Shown piece by piece: positions 25,976 through 32,000 of a stretch of DNA of 32,000 bases. Below the pieces are notes generated by a model. The model did no database searches and had not been told where the DNA came from. It saw only the letters and a program-made list of their open reading frames with translations. Each line of letters starts with the position of its first letter. The first letter of the stretch is position 1. The position numbers and the translations under genes were made by a program. Source of the DNA: Dickeya solani IPO 2222 (GTDB lineage: Bacteria; Pseudomonadota; Gammaproteobacteria; Enterobacterales; Enterobacteriaceae); assembly GCF_001644705.1 (NCBI RefSeq), contig NZ_CP015137.1:2280001-2312000 (forward strand), given 5' to 3'.

Positions 25976-26725
25976 ATGAAAAAAATAATAATGACAATCA
26001 TGATTTTAATATCATGTAACGCAATGGCGGAAGAGCTAAGTCATGATATTAAGGCAACGCCATTAATTAAGGTCAATAAAAAAGATAGTGAATACAATCG
26101 TATTTGTTTATACTTAAATGAAAAATGTAATAGTTATTCGGCCGAAATATGGAAAGAGGGGAAAGTCAGTGATGCCTACTATCTTATTGATAAATCACCA
26201 CAAGTCATGAAAATAATAAAAGATGGAAATTCATATAAGGTTAGTGGCGGATGGTCATTCAGGGATTACCATCATAGTAATGAAAAGAAAGACAACAGTG
26301 ATGATATATTATCTCCGACTGGTTTTATAATCTATCCTGCTATATATCCAATCAAAAAAAATAAAATATCATTAGCTTTGGTTTATAAATGGGAAACCAG
26401 TTATTCTGGTGGTGGAAAAGAAGATAACTATGCTGATTTTATTATGCTTAATGATGATAATTCATATAAAGTAGCATTCTCCGATATTCCATTCTCATCA
26501 AAAGAAAGTATAAAAGCATGCTTTAAAGAAGATGATTATAAGAAAAAATCACATTGCGATGATGAAAACTGGAGTGTGTTGTCTATAAAATATCAAGATA
26601 CAGGGAAGGAGTATTATGAATGGGAATTCGTAACTAAATATTATTCATGGCCGGCCTTTGAAGATAAATCAAAAATGAAAGTTGAAATTAATAAAGAGAA
26701 AAGATATCCATTTGAAATAAAATGA
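25976..26725 (+). CDS. Exported protein or possible lipoprotein (249 aa), unknown function
   Basis: 'MKKIIMTIMILISCNAMAEE' can be read as a lipobox (LISC) or as an AMA-EE signal-peptidase I site. Convergent with the 806-aa gene. Confidence 0.7.
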   Translation: MKKIIMTIMILISCNAMAEELSHDIKATPLIKVNKKDSEYNRICLYLNEKCNSYSAEIWKEGKVSDAYYLIDKSPQVMKIIKDGNSYKVSGGWSFRDYHHSNEKKDNSDDILSPTGFIIYPAIYPIKKNKISLALVYKWETSYSGGGKEDNYADFIMLNDDNSYKVAFSDIPFSSKESIKACFKEDDYKKKSHCDDENWSVLSIKYQDTGKEYYEWEFVTKYYSWPAFEDKSKMKVEINKEKRYPFEIK

Positions 26726-26735
26726 TAATGAAATG

Positions 26736-26756
26736 GCCACCTATATAATAGGTGGC
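26736..26756. terminator. Hairpin between convergent genes (likely bidirectional terminator)
   Basis: GCCACCTAT-ATA-ATAGGTGGC, a 9-bp perfect stem. The flanks are T-rich on the minus-strand reading. Confidence 0.55.
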
Positions 26757-26772
26757 TTAATAGCATTATACC

Positions 26773-29193
26773 CTATTCCAATCTTTGAATTCTGCTTCTA
26801 ATATCAGAAATTACTCTCCTGTTATTTGAATTTTCATAAAGAGATAATGCACGCCTGTAAGCTTTTAATGCCTCGAATTTGTCTTTTTTTGTTCCCTCTT
26901 CATTGCTGAATGGGTCATGGTAACATCCCCAACTATATGCATATACGCGATAGTTGTAGATAGCACTTTCTTCAAAAGAAAAAACACCATTTTTTTCAAG
27001 GGTGTTAAGATGTTTTGCACCTAAAACGGAGACGATTTTTTCAAAATATTGCAATCTGTCTATATACCCGTTAAATCCACCGTTAATTCGGGCTGTTACC
27101 ATGTTTAAATCATCTTTTTGTGCGTTTTCTTTCACTTTTTTATAAACACAATAAAACCAGAATGCGGAAAGAACACAATGAGGATACTCAGTGACTCTCT
27201 CTTTGGCGCTTGATGTTGAAACAAAATCCTCACCCACGTGTTGACCATAGCTACTATATGTATCTTCGTGAGTTAACTGGATTAGCCCTCTGCCAAACCA
27301 CGGTGCATAACTTTTTCTATCACCACCTTTTTCTTTCGTATATATAAGGCCACCACTCTCATGACATACTTGTGCCAGAAAATGTGCTTTCTCTCTACAT
27401 GTGTTTATTTCATATTTTTTGAACCCATCATTAAACGTTTTTATATAACGTTCTAATGTTTCTTTTCCAGCTTGAGGTGCAATGACAGATAGCTCATCCA
27501 ATGTAATATCTCGTCCGCAGGCACACTGATTTCTTGTAGCAATAGCATCCAAAAACTCCACCGGATGAAAATGCCAAACAGGCTTGCCCGATTTAAACTC
27601 AGGTATTTCACTCATCCATGCCATATCATCTCGCCATTTCTTCAGATACGGCATCATTTTCGGGTAGCTATCGTTATTAAGAAAAGACTGCCAGTGTTTA
27701 TGCTTGCTGTCGCCAAACCATTCACTATCATGTTTGACTATCAGCCGACGTACCAGCTCAGGTGCATTATTCTCTCCCGAATGTAGCCCTTCGAAGATAC
27801 GTCTCTCAAACGCAGCCAGTTCGTATTGTGATAAATTACCGTCATTATTCTGGTCGATGACTTTCACCAGCTTTTTATACGTCTCGGACCCCTGTTGGCT
27901 TTCAAACTCGGTATCTCCCCGAATGGATTGTGATACCCAGTCAAAGATGCCTTTTAGAAAATATTCTTTTAGCAGGGAACCGAAATCGTCCGTCGATGCT
28001 TCTTCCAGCGCAGTAAATCCCAGCTTAGATAAGTCATGTTGGCTTAACTCGTCTACATCTTCGCATTTAATCCAGTTATCAGCGGTGAGTTGAAACCATG
28101 TTGTACCCTGTGCTTCTATCTGGTTGGTCTTATCGCGAGGTAGAATTCTTCCGGCATTCATGCCTTTGGTCATATCATTTGTTGGTGTGAATGTTGTTTC
28201 GGCACCTTCACCGGATCTCTGATATAACGGCTTTCCTTCTTTTATCTTCACAAAAGCCCGGCCGGTTTTAATCCCCTTGGGATTAGAGAGAAAACCGGGC
28301 ATATTGGTATCAACGCTGATGACTTCAATGTGCGAATAAAAGTCTACCTCCACACGATTGGAATCAGATTTGTCGGGAGCGTTATCTTCTGCTAAAAAGC
28401 CGATCGCGTCTCCGGCGTTGATCGAAAATTTCTCTTCGGGGATGACCACCGTGTCATATTTTCCCTGCTCAACGGCTTTGGTCATCCATTCCGGCATACG
28501 GTGATAGCGAGGGGCCGTTTGTTTGACAAATTTATCTTGCAGAGAAACCCAGAATTTTTCTTCACTCACTTTCCCGTCTTTCAGACGCTGTGCCAGCCCG
28601 AAAACATCATTACTATTTTCGCGTTCTACTTTGAATGTTTCCTGCTTTGACACCACCAGTAGATCATTTTCTTTGAGTGTGATATTTCCCGCTTTAGGCA
28701 ATTTTTGCCCGCTGATTTCCCGGCCGTTGTATTCGTTTGTCGGTAAGCTATTTATATTGGGTTTGACACGATAACAATTCATCAGCGCTGGGTAGACTGA
28801 AGCAGGGGCAAGGTGCATATACAGCGTGTAAAACGTCAACCACGTGCTCTGGTCGTCCGGATTCGGTTTATGTTCCGAACGCACCAGCAGAAATGTGCTG
28901 GAATAGCGCAGTTGATATTTGTCATACGGCGCGGTGCAGTAGTTTTTATTGATGCGCCATGCCACCACGTTTCCGCTGGCGATACACTGAAGTGGAACCG
29001 CCTTGTCGGCGTTGATTGAAGTCAGTACTGATTCTGGAGCGCTATGACGGCTGATATGGATGCCGCCATGCCACTGTCGGTTACTGCTGGCCAGCCACCA
29101 GCCATCGGGTTCGTGCCGCAAAACGTTCAGTAACGTATCCAGACTGTCGTAATCCTTTCCATCCGCTTTTCGTATCGGATAACACGTATCCAT
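26773..29193 (-). CDS. 806-aa signal-less multi-domain protein: degenerate M23/LytM-like N-terminal region, EF-hand loop, and a GH19/lysozyme-like C-terminal domain. Candidate T6SS peptidoglycan-targeting effector.
   Basis: GH19-type block 'AHFLAQVCHESGGLIYTKE...YAPWFGRGLIQLTHEDTY...SAFWFY...ARINGGFNGYIDR'. EF-hand 'DQNNDGNLSQYE'. M23-like 'WHGGIHIS' and 'INAGDAIGF...YSHIEVIS'. SD 'AGGGAGA'. No N-terminal signal peptide. Confidence 0.85.
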   Translation of the reverse strand: MDTCYPIRKADGKDYDSLDTLLNVLRHEPDGWWLASSNRQWHGGIHISRHSAPESVLTSINADKAVPLQCIASGNVVAWRINKNYCTAPYDKYQLRYSSTFLLVRSEHKPNPDDQSTWLTFYTLYMHLAPASVYPALMNCYRVKPNINSLPTNEYNGREISGQKLPKAGNITLKENDLLVVSKQETFKVERENSNDVFGLAQRLKDGKVSEEKFWVSLQDKFVKQTAPRYHRMPEWMTKAVEQGKYDTVVIPEEKFSINAGDAIGFLAEDNAPDKSDSNRVEVDFYSHIEVISVDTNMPGFLSNPKGIKTGRAFVKIKEGKPLYQRSGEGAETTFTPTNDMTKGMNAGRILPRDKTNQIEAQGTTWFQLTADNWIKCEDVDELSQHDLSKLGFTALEEASTDDFGSLLKEYFLKGIFDWVSQSIRGDTEFESQQGSETYKKLVKVIDQNNDGNLSQYELAAFERRIFEGLHSGENNAPELVRRLIVKHDSEWFGDSKHKHWQSFLNNDSYPKMMPYLKKWRDDMAWMSEIPEFKSGKPVWHFHPVEFLDAIATRNQCACGRDITLDELSVIAPQAGKETLERYIKTFNDGFKKYEINTCREKAHFLAQVCHESGGLIYTKEKGGDRKSYAPWFGRGLIQLTHEDTYSSYGQHVGEDFVSTSSAKERVTEYPHCVLSAFWFYCVYKKVKENAQKDDLNMVTARINGGFNGYIDRLQYFEKIVSVLGAKHLNTLEKNGVFSFEESAIYNYRVYAYSWGCYHDPFSNEEGTKKDKFEALKAYRRALSLYENSNNRRVISDIRSRIQRLE

Positions 29194-29381
29194 TTGTTCT
29201 CCCTTGCACCGCCAGTGCGATCGGCCTGATCGCTAACGGTTTCTTCCTGAATGCAAGCGGCTAACATACCCCTTATCTATGGATCATGCCAGATGATTGC
29301 CGTGCGGGAAGGGGTTCCTGAATAGCTGGTGATAAGTGTGATCCTATCTCTGTCAGTGTAGAAAAAATGAGCGCTGATTTA

Positions 29382-29702
29382 CTACCCAACCGTTTTCACT
29401 AATGTCAAAATCTCTACCCGTTTCTCTGGTGACAGCCTCAAAAACGCCAGCATCAATTCTGCCAATTCATCATCAGCGGTGTAAAAGAATGCCAGCGGGA
29501 CGTCGAGCGCGTTCGCGAGTTGTTGAGCGGTGTCAATACTGACTTCGTGCACGCCCTTTTCATATCGGTTAATGCGAGTGCTTGCCACAAATTCATCGAT
29601 CCTGGCGGCGATGCCTAGTTTTTTCTGTGACAAGCCTTTTGCGAGCCGGGCTTGCTTAAGTCGTTGACAGAAAACGTCATGGTAGTTTGGTCTTGATTTC
29701 AT
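29382..29702 (-). CDS. XRE-family HTH transcriptional regulator (106 aa)
   Basis: 'LKQARLAKGLSQKKLGIAARIDEFVASTRINRYEKGVHEVSIDTAQQLANALDVPLAFFY'. Paralogue of 30080-30397. Confidence 0.85.
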   Translation of the reverse strand: MKSRPNYHDVFCQRLKQARLAKGLSQKKLGIAARIDEFVASTRINRYEKGVHEVSIDTAQQLANALDVPLAFFYTADDELAELMLAFLRLSPEKRVEILTLVKTVG

Positions 29703-29703
29703 G

Positions 29704-29720
29704 ACTACGAGAATCGTAGT
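29704..29720. promoter_or_regulatory. Operator-like inverted repeat ACTACGA-GAA-TCGTAGT (proximal, abuts the XRE start codon)
   Basis: Perfect 7-3-7 inverted repeat, 1 nt from the ATG at 29702. Confidence 0.6.
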
Positions 29721-29735
29721 TTTTTCTTGAGTGAG

Positions 29736-29756
29736 ATACTACGAATAACGTAGTAT
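29736..29756. promoter_or_regulatory. Operator-like inverted repeat ATACTACG-AATAA-CGTAGTAT (distal, shared by divergent promoters)
   Basis: Its centre is 34 bp from the proximal repeat. It reads TAGTAT (-10-like) on both strands; TTGAGT lies 18 bp upstream on the + strand. Confidence 0.55.
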
Positions 29757-29799
29757 TTGCTGTGTCTGTTCCTTTAACAGTGACGAGTTAGGAGGCTGG

Positions 29800-30057
29800 A
29801 TGAAAAAGGATTGGCATCAGGCGGACATTATCGCCGCTTTACACAAGCAACGTACCTCAATGGCGGCGCTTTCCCGTTCCGCGGGTTTAAGTGCATCAAC
29901 ACTGGCGAATGTATTGGTCAGGCCCTGGCCCAAGGGTGAATGGCTGGTTGCCGAGGCGCTGGGAATTCACCCGGCCGAGATATGGCCGAGCCGGTATTAC
30001 GGTCAGGATGGTGAATTGATTGATCGTAAAATCAGAATAAGAGCGAGGCAGTGTTAA
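29800..30057 (+). CDS. Ner/Nlp (SfsB)-family small DNA-binding protein
   Basis: 'DWHQADIIAALHKQRTSMAALSRSAGLSASTLANVLVRPWPKGEWLVAEALGIHPAEIWPSRY' closely parallels E. coli Nlp and phage Mu Ner. SD 'AGGAGG'. Confidence 0.85.
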   Translation: MKKDWHQADIIAALHKQRTSMAALSRSAGLSASTLANVLVRPWPKGEWLVAEALGIHPAEIWPSRYYGQDGELIDRKIRIRARQC

Positions 30058-30079
30058 GCTGGTTCCGCTTTGTCTCCGG

Positions 30080-30397
30080 TTATTTATTTTCTAACGATGC
30101 AAGCAATTCGGTTTGCTGTTCCTTGGGCAAGTCGGCAAACAGCAGGATCATTTTTGCCAGATTGTCATCGTCAGCGTAGAAATAAGCCAGAGGGACATTG
30201 AGCGCTTCTGCGAGACGCTTCGCCGTCACGATATTCGCTTCATGCACACCCTTTTCATAGCGATTAATGCGTGCGCTGGCAACAAACTCATCAATCCCGG
30301 CTGCGATACCCAGCCCTTTCTGGGACAGCCCACGCAGTAAGCGAGCATCCTTGAGGCGTTGACTGAAAATATCATGGCGTTGCTGACGGGTGTTCAT
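30080..30397 (-). CDS. XRE-family HTH transcriptional regulator (105 aa from Met8; the ORF-track start at 30418 is an alternative)
   Basis: 'LKDARLLRGLSQKGLGIAAGIDEFVASARINRYEKGVHEANIVTAKRLAEALNVPLAYFY'. The Met8 start gives the same N-terminal length and the same repeat-N1-ATG geometry as the paralogue. Confidence 0.8.
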   Translation of the reverse strand: MNTRQQRHDIFSQRLKDARLLRGLSQKGLGIAAGIDEFVASARINRYEKGVHEANIVTAKRLAEALNVPLAYFYADDDNLAKMILLFADLPKEQQTELLASLENK

Positions 30398-30398
30398 A

Positions 30399-30415
30399 GC
30401 TACGATATTCGTAGT
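30399..30415. promoter_or_regulatory. Operator-like inverted repeat GCTACGA-TAT-TCGTAGT (proximal)
   Basis: One mismatch to the ACTACGA-N3-TCGTAGT pattern. It lies 1 nt from the ATG at 30397. Confidence 0.55.
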
Positions 30416-30432
30416 CATGGTGGGGTTTAGAT

Positions 30433-30449
30433 ACTACGATTATCGTAGT
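30433..30449. promoter_or_regulatory. Operator-like inverted repeat ACTACGA-TTA-TCGTAGT (distal)
   Basis: Perfect 7-3-7 repeat. Its centre is 34 bp from the proximal repeat. It overlaps a TAGTAT -10-like hexamer (minus strand), with TCGACT 16 bp upstream. Confidence 0.55.
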
Positions 30450-30507
30450 TATAGTCGATGCTTCTGTTTAGTGCCGATGCGATCAGGCGGAAAACGGAGT
30501 ATAATAA

Positions 30508-30537
30508 GCAACAAAAACGCCCTGAAAACAGGGCGTT
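30508..30537 (-). terminator. Rho-independent terminator of yicC
   Basis: The minus strand reads AACGCCCTG-TTTT-CAGGGCGTT followed by TTTTTGTT, about 28 nt after the yicC stop. Confidence 0.75.
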
Positions 30538-30564
30538 GTAATAGTCAGTGGAACGGTGCGGAAA

Positions 30565-31428
30565 TTATTCGATATTTTGAATCTGCTCGCGCATCTGCTC
30601 AATCAGCACTTTCAGTTCGATGGCGGAGGTGGTGACGTCGGTGTTGATGGATTTGGAACCCAGCGTGTTCGATTCACGGTTGAATTCCTGCATCATGAAG
30701 TCCAGACGGCGACCGACGGCTTCCTGCTTGTTGAGGATTTTGTAGGTTTCCCGCACGTGGGCTTCCAGCCGGTCGAGCTCTTCGGCTACGTCGATGCGTT
30801 GCGCCAGCAGTACCAGTTCCTGCTCCAGCCGGTTGCCGTCGAGCTGCACCTGCGCCTCGTCCAGCTTGCTTTGCAGTTTTTCACGCTGCCATTGCAGAAT
30901 ATTCGGCATATGGGCGCGAACCTTGGCGACTTCGGCGCTGACGCCCACCAGCCGCTGTTCAATCAGCGCTTTGAGCGCGTTGCCTTCGCTTTCGCGGGCG
31001 ATAATAAAGTCGTCCAGCGCGGCTTCCAGCGCCTGCATCAATTCGGCGCTGATGGCGTCCAGATCCTGCTCCTGCGCCGACATCACCCCCGGCCAGCGCA
31101 GAATGTCGAGTGGGTTGACCTCGCCTTCGTCGCTTTGCATTTTCACCCAGTTCGCCGCGGTTACCAGCTGTTTGGCCAGTTGCTCGTTGAGGATGAGTTG
31201 CCCCTGCGCGCGCGGGTCCAGCTCAAAACGCAGGCCGCACTCGATTTTGCCGCGGGTCAGGCGGTTACGGATGCGTTCGCGGATTACCGGCTCTAAGCTG
31301 CGGAACTGCTCGGGTAAACGGATATAGGTTTCCAGATAACGCTGGTTTACGGAGCGGAGCTCCCAAGCGGCGCTACCCCAGTCACCCTTGATTTCTCGCC
31401 GGGCGTAAGCGGTCATGCTACGAATCAT
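30565..31428 (-). CDS. yicC: YicC-family stress-induced protein / endoribonuclease
   Basis: 'MIRSMTAYARREIKG...WELRSVNQRYLE...FMMQEFNRESNTL.SKS...ELKVLIEQMREQIQNIE' is near-collinear with E. coli YicC (287 aa). The ORF-track N-terminal extension to 31512 is rejected. Confidence 0.95.
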   Translation of the reverse strand: MIRSMTAYARREIKGDWGSAAWELRSVNQRYLETYIRLPEQFRSLEPVIRERIRNRLTRGKIECGLRFELDPRAQGQLILNEQLAKQLVTAANWVKMQSDEGEVNPLDILRWPGVMSAQEQDLDAISAELMQALEAALDDFIIARESEGNALKALIEQRLVGVSAEVAKVRAHMPNILQWQREKLQSKLDEAQVQLDGNRLEQELVLLAQRIDVAEELDRLEAHVRETYKILNKQEAVGRRLDFMMQEFNRESNTLGSKSINTDVTTSAIELKVLIEQMREQIQNIE

Positions 31429-31557
31429 CGGTGCATACCTGTTAAGAAGTGATGGGGTAATTATAACGGGCGGTTTGCCAAAAGCGACAGCGGTAACGGA
31501 CTGACAAATCACAGCTTCCGGCCGAACTGCGCGGTGGCCGGAAACCGGTGGAAGCGT

Positions 31558-32000
31558 TTACGCCGCTTCCAGCAGCGGCAGGCACTGACTGGCGAGTTCG
31601 CGGCACTTGCTTTTCAGCACCTGTTTGAGTTGCAGGATCTCGTGGGATTGCGGGATGTCGCGGCGGCTGATCAGCATCACCTCAAACGGCAACGGCTGGC
31701 TGATGGGCACGATTTTGAGCTGATCGGCATAGCGGCGGGCGGTAAACAGGTCGACGATGCCGGTGCCGCCACCTGCCAGCACCATATCGGCGATCACCGA
31801 GTAGGTCTTGATGTACAGCGAGGCCGCCGGTTTGAGGCGACGGTCGCGCAGGGCGCGGTGGACGACCTGGCCCAGTGGGTCCTGCTGCTGCATCATCAGC
31901 AGGTTGTTATGGCACAGCCATTCCAGCGACACCGGCCCCTGTTGCGGGCTGTCTTTCGGCAGAATCGCCACCATACGTGACTGGCACAACGGCTCGGCCA
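31558..32000 (-). CDS. LysR-type transcriptional regulator, C-terminal substrate-binding part (5' end outside the window)
   Basis: The frame is open to the window edge. The pattern is typical of a LysR effector-domain C-terminus ('...GTGIVDLFTARRY...IVPI...'). The assignment is by pattern only. Confidence 0.6.
   Translation of the reverse strand, partial: AEPLCQSRMVAILPKDSPQQGPVSLEWLCHNNLLMMQQQDPLGQVVHRALRDRRLKPAASLYIKTYSVIADMVLAGGGTGIVDLFTARRYADQLKIVPISQPLPFEVMLISRRDIPQSHEILQLKQVLKSKCRELASQCLPLLEAA

Noticed and set aside
22975-29380. Calling the AT-rich block a mobile genetic element or genomic island with defined ends
   Set aside because: I could find no integrase, transposase, tRNA, or flanking direct or inverted repeats. 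Only the compositional contrast supports foreign origin, so I do not annotate a mobile_element feature.
29194-29381. Sigma-54 promoter upstream of the effector-like gene (common for T6SS genes)
   Set aside because: I searched both strands for TGGCAC-N5-TTGC. The only TGCAA (29252-29256) lacks the GG element at the right spacing.
30556-31327. Plus-strand ORFs of 246 aa and 177 aa
   Set aside because: They are antisense to yicC, whose translation is near-collinear with E. coli YicC.
31429-31512. 28-codon N-terminal extension of yicC in the ORF track
   Set aside because: YicC homologues start at 'MIRSMTAYARRE', and the shorter call gives exactly 287 aa.
1-32000. CRISPR arrays, rRNA/tRNA genes and IS elements
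   Set aside because: I saw no regularly spaced direct repeats of 25-40 bp, no tRNA-like cloverleaf candidates in intergenic regions, and no transposase-like ORFs on either strand.

Overview
This looks like chromosomal DNA from a Dickeya-type (Pectobacteriaceae) soft-rot enterobacterium: GC-rich core genes interrupted by AT-rich accessory DNA. All GC statements are by-eye estimates. (1) 1-15.8 kb holds the end of a sensor kinase and an Sfp-type PPTase on the + strand. They face a minus-strand, translationally coupled operon of stand-alone thiotemplate and fatty-acid-like enzymes: 2 carrier proteins, a PLP decarboxylase, 3 adenylate-forming enzymes, a VOC protein, 2 acyl-CoA dehydrogenases, 2 divergent KASIII-like enzymes, 2 apparently Cys-less KS-like paralogues and unknowns. 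The gene content and the position beside expR/expI match what I remember of the Dickeya vfm quorum-sensing locus, whose signal chemistry is, to my knowledge, unresolved. (2) 16.5-17.8 kb holds convergent expR/expI (LuxR/LuxI) genes that overlap at their 3' ends. (3) 18.4-21.1 kb encodes an 895-aa exported protein with a C-terminal Fn3 domain. It is followed by about 400 bp of non-coding DNA with a phased TTCC/GGA array, a candidate RsmA/CsrA-binding sRNA on the minus strand. (4) 22.4-29.2 kb is an orphan T6SS-type accessory module. It contains a PAAR protein, a very AT-rich array of five exported proteins (candidate immunity or inhibitor proteins, one LprI/DUF1311-like), and an 806-aa signal-less multi-domain protein with a degenerate M23-like N-terminus, a canonical EF-hand loop and a GH19/lysozyme-like C-terminal domain. 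(5) 29.4-30.5 kb holds two paralogous XRE repressor genes flanking a Ner/Nlp-like gene. Each XRE gene is preceded by two copies of a 17-bp inverted repeat spaced 34 bp apart. (6) The window ends with yicC and the 3' part of a LysR-type regulator. I recognised no rRNA, tRNA, CRISPR array, transposase or integrase.
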